From: Clostridia bacterium
GTDB taxonomy: Bacteria > Bacillota > Clostridia > TANB77 > CAG-508
Assembly: GCA_022796725.1 (NCBI GenBank)
Contig: JAAWJE010000009.1
Coordinates: forward strand, 1 to 57,175
Direction of reading: 5' to 3'
Length of the DNA: 57,175 nucleotides
Both the position numbers and the translations under genes were made by a program. Under the pieces are notes generated by a model, which was given only the letters and a program-made list of their open reading frames with translations, did not search any database and was not told the origin of the DNA. Shown here one piece after another: positions 8,760 through 18,470 of this stretch. How positions within the stretch are numbered: the stretch's first letter is position 1; each line of letters begins with the position of its first letter.

Positions 8760-11700
8760 ATGGATGTTGGTAAAAAAATTTATAATTTAACAGGTGTTCA
8801 AGAAGCTATTTTTGCTTCTGAACAATTTTGCAAAGGAACTTCTATTAATAATATTACAGGAATGTTTTATATTAATAATAAAATAGATATTACTGCTCTT
8901 TCTGAAGCACTAAAATTATTTATAAAAAATAATTCTGGTAGCAGAATACAAATAGGATTATCAGACACTAATGAACCTTTTCAATATTTTGAAAATTATA
9001 CTGACTTAACTTTTGAAACAGTATATCCATCAAATTTAGAAGAGGCTTCTTCTCTTACTCAAAAAATAACTGATACTCCTATATTTGATTTTAATTCAAG
9101 ATTATATGATTTTAAACTTTTTAAATTGCCTGATTCTACTGGAGGATTTATTTCGACCTTTCATCATTTAATTTCTGATGCTTGGTCTATGCAATTATTT
9201 ATAGATATAATAGTCTCAAACTATTATAAATTAACTCACAATGGTAATGAATTAGTTTCTATGGAAACTTATGAATATAAGGATTATATAGATTCTTATA
9301 CAGATTATTTAAAAAGTTCAAAATACATAAAAGATAAGGAATTCTGGAAGGAAAATTTCTCTTCTTCATCTACACCAATTACATTACATTCTGATACTAA
9401 CCAAAATGTAGAAGCTGTTGCAGATTATTCTGCTGAGAGATTAAATTTTACATTAAACAGTAATATCATGAAAAAATTATCACCTTATCTACAAGAAAAT
9501 AAAATTTCTGCTTATGCTTTTTTCTTAGCAGTACATTCAATATATTTTAGTAGAATAAATAATTCACAGGATTTTGTAATTGGGACTCCTGTACTTAATC
9601 GTACAAATGTAAAAGAAAAAAATACTACTGGATTATTCATAAATACAATACCATTTTCAGTAAATATAAATAATAAAGAGAATTTTTCTGATTTTGTTAG
9701 GAGAATATCTGTTGATACTATATCATATTTTAGACATCAAAAATATCCATACCAGAATATTTTAAGTGATATAAGAAATGATAAAGATAATTCTTCTATT
9801 AGTAATTTGTATAATGTTTTATACTCTTATCAAAATGCTAGAGCTTATAACTCTTTTGGGGATATTAATTATAAAGCTATTTGGTTTCAACCTAAATATA
9901 TTATTAATGATATACAAATTCATATTCATGATATTTTAAACAGTGGGAACTTATCTATTTCTTATGATTATAGAACATCAAAATTTTCTGAAAATTTAAT
10001 TAAATCTACTTACAATAGAATTATTGCTATAGTTAATCAAATTTTAGATGCAAAAGAAAACATTAAAATTTCTGATATAGAAATAGTAACACCTACTGAA
10101 AAGAAAAAATTACTATATACTTTTAATAATACACATAAAGAATATGATAAAAATAAAACAATTCAAAGTTTAATAGAAGAACAATGTGATAGATTTCCAA
10201 ATAAAATAGCATTAATATGTAACGATAAAAAAATTAGTTATAGAGAACTTAATTCTAGAGCAAACCAAATTGCTCATTATTTAAGGAGTTTAGGTGTAAA
10301 GCCTAATACATTTGTTGGACTTCTTTGTGATAGGTCTCTAGAGATGATTATTGGACAACTTGGTATATTAAAATCTGGAGCTGCATACTTACCAATTGAC
10401 CCTGATTATCCTAGTGATAGAATTTCTTATATGCTAGAAAATAGCGATGCTAAGATTGTACTTTCTAAAGAAAATTTATTTAATTTAATTTCTAGTAATT
10501 CAAATGAGATTACTAAATTAGATATATCATTAGAAAATAGTATAATTTATAAATCTTCATCATGTAAGAATCCAAAAAATATAAATTCATCAGAAGATTT
10601 AGCCTATATTATATATACTTCTGGTTCAACTGGTAATCCAAAAGGAGTACAGTTAAAACATATTAATATAAATAATTTTATTCTAGGAACAACAGATAAA
10701 ATTAAATTTTCAGATGATAAAACTATCGTTTCTGTAACTACTATATGTTTTGATATATTTGTTCTTGAAAGTCTACTTCCACTACAAAATGGATTGACTA
10801 TTGTAATAGCAAATGAAAAAGAACAAAACAACATAAATTTCTTAAATGATTTATGTTTAAAATATAATGTGAATATTATTCAAACAACTCCTTCTCGATT
10901 AAATAAATTAACTAACGATATTGACTATTGTAGATATATAAATAATTTAACAGATATCTTAGTTGGTGGAGAACCTTTACCAATAACACTTCTTGAGCAT
11001 TTAAGAAAGTTAACTAAAAAAGCTAAAATATATAATATGTATGGACCTACTGAAACAGCTGTATGGTCTACAATTAAAGACGTATCTAATTATAAAAGCT
11101 CTACTATCTCAATAGGAACTCCTATTGCTAATACTTCTATTTATGTATTAGATGAAAAAACAAATAAATTATTACCACCAGGAAACCCTGGTATTCTCTA
11201 TATTGGTGGAGATGGCGTTTGCAAAGGATATCATAAAAGAGAAAATTTGAATAAAACATTGTTTATAAATAACCCTTATAATAATAACGAAATTATTTAC
11301 AATACAAATGATTTAGTAAAACAATTACCAAATGGTGAATTAATTCACTTGGGAAGAGCTGATTTTCAAGTAAAAATAAGAGGATATAGAATAGAACTTG
11401 GAGAAATAGAAAATAAGATATTATCTTATGATAATATAAACGAAACTGTTTTAGTACCTCATGAATCTAAATTTTTAATATGTTATTATTCTTCTAGTAA
11501 AGATATTATTATATCTGAATTAATATCTTATCTTTTAGAATATTTACCAAATTATATGATACCAGCTTATTTTATAAAATTACCTAACCTTCCTCTTACA
11601 CCTAATGGAAAAATAGATAGAAAAAAATTGCCAAAACCTAATATGGATTCTGAACAACTTTTAGAAATTGCAAGTACTAATACAGAAAAAATATTAGAAG

Positions 11701-13115
11701 AAAATATATTAAAAATATTAAATAATGGAATGGAACATATTGATATAAATACTCCATTTATATCTTTAGGTTTAGACTCTCTTAGTATTGTTCAGCTACA
11801 ATCAATGTTACTTGGTTATCAATTAAATATTACAACACAAACTTTTTATAAATTTCCTACTGTAAAGAAACTTGCAAAATACATTGATTCTAGCAAAAAT
11901 ATAAATGAAAATGTATCATTTACACTTGATCCAATGTTTTTACATAATAAAGATGAAAAAGCTATTATTTCTAATGATAGTAATGATTTAGGAAATGTTT
12001 TTTTAACAGGTGCAAATGGTTTTATTGGTATTCATGTTTTAAAAGAATTATTAGATACCACAAATTGTAACATATATTGTTTAGTTAGAGGAGCTAACTT
12101 AGAAATTTCTACTAATAGATTATCAGATAATTTTAAATATTATTTTAATTTATCTATTAATCCATATTTGAATAAACGTGTATTCATTATTAATGGTGAC
12201 ATTACAAATGAAAATTTAGTAATGTCAAATGAAATAAATGATATGTTAGGAAATAATATTAATACTGTGATTCATACTGCTGCTGTTGTAAAACATTATG
12301 GAAATTTTGATGAATTCAAAGAAATAAATATAAATGGAACGAAAAATATTGCTAAATTTGCTTTTAAAAATCACATTCGTTTTATACATATATCATCAAT
12401 TAGTATTTCTGGTAATTACCTTTTAAAACAAGATAATCACAATGTTGAGTTTTCTGAAAATGATTTTTATATTGGTCAGAATTATACTGAAAATGTATAT
12501 GTTAATAGTAAACTTGAAGCTGAAAATGTGATATATTCTTATATGAAAAAAGGATTACAAGGAAAAGTACTTCGTATTGGAATAGTAGCTGGTAGATATT
12601 CTGATGGACTATTTCAAAAAAACATGGACTCAAATGCTTTTTATAGTAGAATAAAATCAGTAACAAATTTAAAGGTAATTTCTGAAGATATGATTAATCA
12701 AAAAATAGAATTTACACCTATTGATGAGTGTGCTAAAGCAATAGTTTTACTTTCAAAAACAAAACAATATGATAATAAAATTTTCCATTTATATAATCAT
12801 AATTTAGTATCTATAAATAATGTTATAAAAACATTAAAGAAATTAAATATTAATGTAGAAGTTCTCTCAAGTGAAAGTTTTAAAGAAAAAGTATTAGAAG
12901 CTACAAAAGCTATTAATAATGCTGTTTCAGCAATTGTTAATGATTTTGATTATACAAATTTATCTTTAAATTATAATTTCACTGTTAATATAAAATCTGA
13001 ATATAGTATAAAAATATTACATGATTTAGGCTTTAGTTGGAGTAAATTAAATAATGATTATCTATATAGAATATTTAATTATATGATAACTACTGGATTT
13101 ATTTCTAAAGATTAG
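8760..13115 (+). CDS. single-module non-ribosomal peptide synthetase, domain order C-A-T-R (terminal thioester reductase)
   Basis: C domain HHLISDAWS (9162-9182). A domain cores LAYIIYTSGSTGNPKGV, NMYGPTE, GELIHLGRADFQVKIRGYRIELGEIE, PNGKIDRKKL. PCP LGLDSLS. R domain LTGANGFIGIHV (NAD(P) fold) and YVNSK. The ORF is open from 8706 (TTG). ATG 8760 was chosen because GGAG lies 9 nt upstream; ATG 8745 is also possible. Confidence 0.9.
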   Translation: MDVGKKIYNLTGVQEAIFASEQFCKGTSINNITGMFYINNKIDITALSEALKLFIKNNSGSRIQIGLSDTNEPFQYFENYTDLTFETVYPSNLEEASSLTQKITDTPIFDFNSRLYDFKLFKLPDSTGGFISTFHHLISDAWSMQLFIDIIVSNYYKLTHNGNELVSMETYEYKDYIDSYTDYLKSSKYIKDKEFWKENFSSSSTPITLHSDTNQNVEAVADYSAERLNFTLNSNIMKKLSPYLQENKISAYAFFLAVHSIYFSRINNSQDFVIGTPVLNRTNVKEKNTTGLFINTIPFSVNINNKENFSDFVRRISVDTISYFRHQKYPYQNILSDIRNDKDNSSISNLYNVLYSYQNARAYNSFGDINYKAIWFQPKYIINDIQIHIHDILNSGNLSISYDYRTSKFSENLIKSTYNRIIAIVNQILDAKENIKISDIEIVTPTEKKKLLYTFNNTHKEYDKNKTIQSLIEEQCDRFPNKIALICNDKKISYRELNSRANQIAHYLRSLGVKPNTFVGLLCDRSLEMIIGQLGILKSGAAYLPIDPDYPSDRISYMLENSDAKIVLSKENLFNLISSNSNEITKLDISLENSIIYKSSSCKNPKNINSSEDLAYIIYTSGSTGNPKGVQLKHININNFILGTTDKIKFSDDKTIVSVTTICFDIFVLESLLPLQNGLTIVIANEKEQNNINFLNDLCLKYNVNIIQTTPSRLNKLTNDIDYCRYINNLTDILVGGEPLPITLLEHLRKLTKKAKIYNMYGPTETAVWSTIKDVSNYKSSTISIGTPIANTSIYVLDEKTNKLLPPGNPGILYIGGDGVCKGYHKRENLNKTLFINNPYNNNEIIYNTNDLVKQLPNGELIHLGRADFQVKIRGYRIELGEIENKILSYDNINETVLVPHESKFLICYYSSSKDIIISELISYLLEYLPNYMIPAYFIKLPNLPLTPNGKIDRKKLPKPNMDSEQLLEIASTNTEKILEENILKILNNGMEHIDINTPFISLGLDSLSIVQLQSMLLGYQLNITTQTFYKFPTVKKLAKYIDSSKNINENVSFTLDPMFLHNKDEKAIISNDSNDLGNVFLTGANGFIGIHVLKELLDTTNCNIYCLVRGANLEISTNRLSDNFKYYFNLSINPYLNKRVFIINGDITNENLVMSNEINDMLGNNINTVIHTAAVVKHYGNFDEFKEININGTKNIAKFAFKNHIRFIHISSISISGNYLLKQDNHNVEFSENDFYIGQNYTENVYVNSKLEAENVIYSYMKKGLQGKVLRIGIVAGRYSDGLFQKNMDSNAFYSRIKSVTNLKVISEDMINQKIEFTPIDECAKAIVLLSKTKQYDNKIFHLYNHNLVSINNVIKTLKKLNINVEVLSSESFKEKVLEATKAINNAVSAIVNDFDYTNLSLNYNFTVNIKSEYSIKILHDLGFSWSKLNNDYLYRIFNYMITTGFISKD

Positions 13116-13160
13116 TATAAAATAAATATAACAATAAAAAAGTTAAAGGAAGATTATAAT

Positions 13161-15209
13161 ATGAAAAACTTAAAAAAAGCACCAAAGGAAAAAAAGAAAA
13201 TACACTTTTTTTCCTTACCTAGTGCAAAAATATCTATTATATATTATGCGATTTCAACAATATCAATAATTGCTATATCACTCGTTATACCATTAATTCT
13301 TAATTATCCACCAGATTCTATTAATACACCTTTTGATATTCAAATGTCTGGAATTGCTTATGTATGGCAATTTACATTAATAGATATTTTAGCATTATTT
13401 GCAATTTATTTTTTTATGAGATTTTTATTTAAACCAATAGATAATTGGTTTATTCATAAAGATAATCCTAAATATTCTAGTCAAAAAAATATTGATATAA
13501 TTAGAAAAAAGTGTATTAATTTACCTTATATTGTCTTTATAGTAGAACTTATTGTTCCTGGTATTGTGTCTTTAATTATCCTCACTTTAACAGGAAGTCA
13601 TGAATCTACAATGATCATAAAGCTATCTGTTATAATAGTTTCATTTTCCTGTCTATTTGCAGTATCTTCATATATGTTTTCTAAAAATATATTTGCAAAA
13701 TTACTAGCAGAAACTTATAAAGATAATTCAAATATAGGACTTAGAATTAGCTTAAATATAAAACTACTAATGCAAATACTTCCAATTTGCATAATTGGAT
13801 TGTTAGGTATGGGACTTATTGGTTATTCTAAATCAATCAAATCAGCTGAAGACACATGGTTCACAGTATATAATAATGAATTAAATAATGTTTTTGATAC
13901 AAATGAGATTTATACTTATGAAAGGATAAGCAATTTATTACAAAAAGTTAATTTATATCATGATAAAGATTCTGTATCAACTTTTATTTTATCTGAAGAT
14001 GGTAAAGTTGATACTATATCTGGAAAAAAGCCATCAAACTTCGTAATCGAATATACTTTGCAACTTTCTGAAAAAAACAATAATAAAACCTATGATAGTT
14101 ATGCTGTAGATACTCAAGGTGCTACAATAAAAGTACATACTAAATCAAAAAGTTATTATGTATGTATTTTATATGATACTAATGTTAAGGAAAGTTTAAA
14201 ATATATTACTTATACTTTTATAATATTACTTATTATTATAACTGCTATTTTAATAACTATTATTAATTCAATATCAAAAGATATTTCAGCTGTTTCTGAT
14301 AGATTAAGTCATATATCAAATAATGAAGAAGTTGATAAGTTTACTACTATTCCAGTTATCTCAAATGATGAAATTGGAGATTTAAGTAAATCTTATAATA
14401 GTATTCAGAAAATGAATAAAGAAAATCTTCAAAAAATAAAAAATAGTCAAGACTTGCTTATTGAACATGAAAGACTTGCTTCACTAGGTCAAATGATAGG
14501 TGGAATAGCTCACAATTTAAAGACTCCTATAATGTCAGTATCTGGAGCTTCTGAAGGACTTTCTGATTTAATAAAAGAATTAGATATGTCTATTGGAAAT
14601 AAAAATGTTACAGAAGAAGATTTTCATGATATTGCTTCTGATATGAATGAATGGATTAATAAAATAAGAACTCATACTTCTTATATGTCAGATGTTATAA
14701 CTGCTGTAAAAGGACAAGCAATTGTGTTTTCAGAAGAACAAGTTTATCCATTTAACTCAAAAGAATTATTTAAACAAGTAGAAATATTAATGAAACACGA
14801 ATTAAAAAATTCTATAACTAGATTAAATATTAAGGATTATACAACCGAAGACGATTTAATTTATGGAAATATTAATAGTTTAGTACAAATACTAAATAAT
14901 ATGATTTCTAATTCTATACAAGCATATTCATTAATAAAGCATGATAAAGAAACAACTATTAATTTAACTTCTAAAATAGAAAAAAATAAGATTATAATTA
15001 ATATTCAAGATTTTGGACCAGGTCTTCCTGATAATGTTAAAGAAAAATTATTTAAAGAAATGATTACTACAAAAGGAAAAGAAGGTACTGGACTTGGATT
15101 ATTTATGTCATATTCAAACATAAAAGCACATTTTCATGGTGAAATTACTTTTGAAACATCTTCTAAAGGAACTACTTTTAATATTATTTTACCTATTCAC
15201 AAATCATAG
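13161..15209 (+). CDS. membrane sensor histidine kinase (multi-TM N-terminus, extracytoplasmic domain, HAMP, DHp, HATPase_c)
   Basis: 682 aa. HAMP-like SNDEIGDLSKSYN, H-box LASLGQMIGGIAHNLKTPI, N-box LNNMISNSIQA, G-boxes IQDFGPGL and GTGLGLF. Starts 45 nt after the NRPS stop. Confidence 0.85.
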   Translation: MKNLKKAPKEKKKIHFFSLPSAKISIIYYAISTISIIAISLVIPLILNYPPDSINTPFDIQMSGIAYVWQFTLIDILALFAIYFFMRFLFKPIDNWFIHKDNPKYSSQKNIDIIRKKCINLPYIVFIVELIVPGIVSLIILTLTGSHESTMIIKLSVIIVSFSCLFAVSSYMFSKNIFAKLLAETYKDNSNIGLRISLNIKLLMQILPICIIGLLGMGLIGYSKSIKSAEDTWFTVYNNELNNVFDTNEIYTYERISNLLQKVNLYHDKDSVSTFILSEDGKVDTISGKKPSNFVIEYTLQLSEKNNNKTYDSYAVDTQGATIKVHTKSKSYYVCILYDTNVKESLKYITYTFIILLIIITAILITIINSISKDISAVSDRLSHISNNEEVDKFTTIPVISNDEIGDLSKSYNSIQKMNKENLQKIKNSQDLLIEHERLASLGQMIGGIAHNLKTPIMSVSGASEGLSDLIKELDMSIGNKNVTEEDFHDIASDMNEWINKIRTHTSYMSDVITAVKGQAIVFSEEQVYPFNSKELFKQVEILMKHELKNSITRLNIKDYTTEDDLIYGNINSLVQILNNMISNSIQAYSLIKHDKETTINLTSKIEKNKIIINIQDFGPGLPDNVKEKLFKEMITTKGKEGTGLGLFMSYSNIKAHFHGEITFETSSKGTTFNIILPIHKS

Positions 15210-15255
15210 TTTTTATGTTTATAATAGACTATATTAATGAAATGGAGTTGATATT

Positions 15256-16323
15256 ATGAGAATTAATATTAATAAAACAATAAGAACTGACTCAGATCCA
15301 AATAACACATATAAAATAATAGCCGTTGATGATGAAATGGGAATAATAGATTCTCTTTCTGTATATCTTAGTAGAGTTGGATATAAATTAGTAGGTGTAA
15401 CTGACCCAGAGGAAGCAATTGAAAGAGTAAAAAATGAACATTTTGATTTAATGCTTTTAGACTTTATTATGACTCCAATTCATGGTGATAAGGTTGTAGA
15501 AGAAATAAGAAAGTTTAATAAAGAATTATATATATTATTACTAACTGGACATAAGGAATTAGCTCCTCCTCTTGAAATAATAAAAAAATTGGATATTCAA
15601 GGGTATTGCGAAAAAAGTGATAAATTTGATCAATTGCTATTATTAATTGAATCTGGTATAAAGTCAATAAAACAAATGAATTTAATTAAATCTATAAATA
15701 AAGAATTAGAAGATTCTAAAGAATTGCTAGAAAAAGCGTATTTAGAAACAATAGAAACTCTAAGATATACTGTTGAAGCAAAAGATTTTTATACAAGAGG
15801 TCATTCTGATAGAGTATCTGAATATTCTGTATTAATAGGAAGTAAAATGAACTTACCAGATGAAGAAATAAATAAGTTGCGTATAGGTGGATTATTCCAT
15901 GATATAGGAAAAATTGGAATTCCTGACTCAATATTATTAAAGACTGATAAATTAACAAATGAAGAATATTCAGAAATAAAAAACCACCCTTCTATTGGAG
16001 CTCATATATTATCTAACGCTACATTATTTAAAGAATTGATCCCAATTGTTAAACATCATCATGAAAGATATGATGGGAAAGGATATCCAGCAAATTTGGA
16101 AGGAGATAATATACCTCTTCTTGCGAGAATTACTAGCATAGCAGATACTTTTGATGCTATGGTATCTAGACGTTCTTATCGTGATGCTTTATCTTTAGAA
16201 TATACAAAAGAAGAATTAAAGAAATGCAGTGGAACTCAATTAGATCCTAATATTGTTCCTATATTCTTAGACATTATTGAAAATGAATATAATAAAATAG
16301 AAGAAATACAAGCTAAATATTAA
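15256..16323 (+). CDS. response regulator with receiver domain fused to an HD-GYP domain (RpfG-like c-di-GMP phosphodiesterase)
   Basis: 355 aa. REC: IIAVDDE...DLMLLDFIM...LLLTGH. HD-GYP: RGHSDRV, FHDIGKIGIPD, HHERYDGKGYP. GGAG RBS. Starts 46 nt after the kinase. Confidence 0.85.
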   Translation: MRININKTIRTDSDPNNTYKIIAVDDEMGIIDSLSVYLSRVGYKLVGVTDPEEAIERVKNEHFDLMLLDFIMTPIHGDKVVEEIRKFNKELYILLLTGHKELAPPLEIIKKLDIQGYCEKSDKFDQLLLLIESGIKSIKQMNLIKSINKELEDSKELLEKAYLETIETLRYTVEAKDFYTRGHSDRVSEYSVLIGSKMNLPDEEINKLRIGGLFHDIGKIGIPDSILLKTDKLTNEEYSEIKNHPSIGAHILSNATLFKELIPIVKHHHERYDGKGYPANLEGDNIPLLARITSIADTFDAMVSRRSYRDALSLEYTKEELKKCSGTQLDPNIVPIFLDIIENEYNKIEEIQAKY

Positions 16324-16333
16324 ACTTAAAAGT

Positions 16334-16369
16334 AAAATCCCAATTGAATTTATTTTCAATTGGGATTTT
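16334..16369. terminator. bidirectional rho-independent terminator between convergent genes
   Basis: Perfect 15-bp stem aaaatcccaattgaa / ttcaattgggatttt with A/T runs on both sides. Confidence 0.8.
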
Positions 16370-16385
16370 ATAATTCACATATTTT

Positions 16386-18302
16386 TTATCTATCCATTCC
16401 ATCATCTACTTGTTGTTGATTTTCTAATAAATTCTCTTGTAAGCTTTCACTTGTAAGCCATCCTAAAATATGACCTTTTTCATCAACTATATGGTATGAA
16501 AACTTAGCATCAGGATATTTTTCTTTTAATTCTAATAAAGTAACATCATCAGTAGTTACTGAAATATATCCATCGTCTGTTGCAATTCCAATTTGAGAAA
16601 TTATCTTTGCTTCTCCTGCATGATTTTCAAAACTTCCACAGTTTCCTGTTCCTTCTGGTGTTTCAAAATATACTCCTTTATCAATAGTCATTCTGCTTCC
16701 AACTCTTATTGATTCTAAATAAGTTTTTGAAGCATCTTTTTCATCTACTTCTTCTTTTTTATCAATTGATTTCTTTTCTTTATTAGTATCTGTATTTTCT
16801 TTTACATATGATGTAAAAGTATTTTTTTCTTCAAATTTATCTTCTATTATATCTTTTTTATCATCAAATACTTTTTTTACATCAGCAACTGCTTGGAATG
16901 ATACAACAGATGTTTTATTATCATCTGATTCTCTAAAATTAATCTTCTCATCAATATCATATGCTTGTATTTGTGTTTCTGATGTATATTCTTCATCTAA
17001 TGGTATTACAGAAAAATATTTTGGTACAATTGTTGCTACAGTTGCTACACCTGCTAATGCTATTATACCTGCTACTCCTCCTAATGTAGCCTTTAAAAGT
17101 TTCTTTTTATCTGAACATACTTTATTTCTTATAGAGTCCGCCTTATCTTTCAATTTTCTTGTATATCTTTTTACTACACTTTCTTTTTTAGGAGTTTTAT
17201 CTTCTTTTTCATGAGATTCAACTTCTTTTTCAGGAATTTCAATTACGAATGTTTTTACAATTGCACTTGGTCTATTTTCATCTGCGCCAAGTATTGTACC
17301 ATTTCTCATCTCAATAGCATCTAATTTTCTTCTCTTTTTGTTTGCTAAATTTACTGTTTGTGATTTCTTTCCTTTTTTTGTTGAAGTACCACTTATATCT
17401 ATAATGTCAATTCCTTCTCTTTCTCTTTGAGCTTTATATATTCTATCTTTTCTTTCATTATCTTCTTGTATTTTTTGTTTATATCTATTTTTTAATTTTC
17501 TGCTTTCTCTAAAAGCTCTTTTAGAAGCTTGTATGCTTTGTCTTCTACTAATAGCCTTTTTAGGTTTAGAAACAACTGGCTTATCACTATTTTTACTAGT
17601 TTCAGTATCATCTACAACTTCTTCTGCCTCTCTGTAAGAAATTGATTTACTTTTTTTATCTTGTTGAGTTTCAAAATGTTCTTTTTTATAATCACCAAAA
17701 ATCTCACTGCTAAATCCTTCAGCAAATATATATTGTCTATCATATAAATCTACTTTTTCATCTATCTTAATTTCTGGTTCTTCTTGTTTACTTTCATCTT
17801 CGACAAAAACTTCTTGCTTAGGTTCTATATCTTTTTCTTCATTTTCATCTGTATCAATATTAGTTCTTTTTTGTTTTCTTGTTGATATTGTCATTTTTAA
17901 TCTATCTATTAAAGATACTTTATCATCTATACCTGTCACGCCTGTTATTCCAGCCTTTTCTAGAAGTTCTTTTCTTGTTTGTTTTTCTCTTTTTATATAT
18001 TCTGCTCTTGATTCTCCTGATTGTTTTGGAATTTCTTTAACAATTACATTTAAATATTTAGTCAAATAATTAGTTCCCATCTCATAATCATATTCCTGAA
18101 GACATTCATATAAGTCTAAATTTACTTTAGATATTAATTCTTTTGAAAGATCATATTCTTCCTTAATCTCAGATCTTAAAATTTCAGCTTTCCCAGGATA
18201 ATTATTAATTTTTATTTTTCTAACTTCATTTCCATCATCAAATATGTATTCTCCATCTAGTAAATTAATTTTTATTTTTTTAATATTAATTTCCAAAATC
18301 AA
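16386..18302 (-). CDS. hypothetical single-pass membrane protein: Lys/Glu-rich cytoplasmic part, globular C-terminal domain
   Basis: 638 aa with one clear TM helix (LGGVAGIIALAGVATVATIV). The N-terminal 400 aa are highly charged. No recognisable catalytic motif. Confidence 0.6.
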   Translation of the reverse strand: MILEINIKKIKINLLDGEYIFDDGNEVRKIKINNYPGKAEILRSEIKEEYDLSKELISKVNLDLYECLQEYDYEMGTNYLTKYLNVIVKEIPKQSGESRAEYIKREKQTRKELLEKAGITGVTGIDDKVSLIDRLKMTISTRKQKRTNIDTDENEEKDIEPKQEVFVEDESKQEEPEIKIDEKVDLYDRQYIFAEGFSSEIFGDYKKEHFETQQDKKSKSISYREAEEVVDDTETSKNSDKPVVSKPKKAISRRQSIQASKRAFRESRKLKNRYKQKIQEDNERKDRIYKAQREREGIDIIDISGTSTKKGKKSQTVNLANKKRRKLDAIEMRNGTILGADENRPSAIVKTFVIEIPEKEVESHEKEDKTPKKESVVKRYTRKLKDKADSIRNKVCSDKKKLLKATLGGVAGIIALAGVATVATIVPKYFSVIPLDEEYTSETQIQAYDIDEKINFRESDDNKTSVVSFQAVADVKKVFDDKKDIIEDKFEEKNTFTSYVKENTDTNKEKKSIDKKEEVDEKDASKTYLESIRVGSRMTIDKGVYFETPEGTGNCGSFENHAGEAKIISQIGIATDDGYISVTTDDVTLLELKEKYPDAKFSYHIVDEKGHILGWLTSESLQENLLENQQQVDDGMDR

Positions 18303-18470
18303 TCCTCCTTTTTAGGGTTTACATAAATATTATTTTACATTATTTTTGAACAAAAATCAAGTATTATTTTATATTTATTATGTAAAATATATATTTTTTT
18401 CAAAATATAAAAGGATATATATAAATAAACTGATCTAAATGGAGTTTACTTTATAATATATCCTTTTTTA

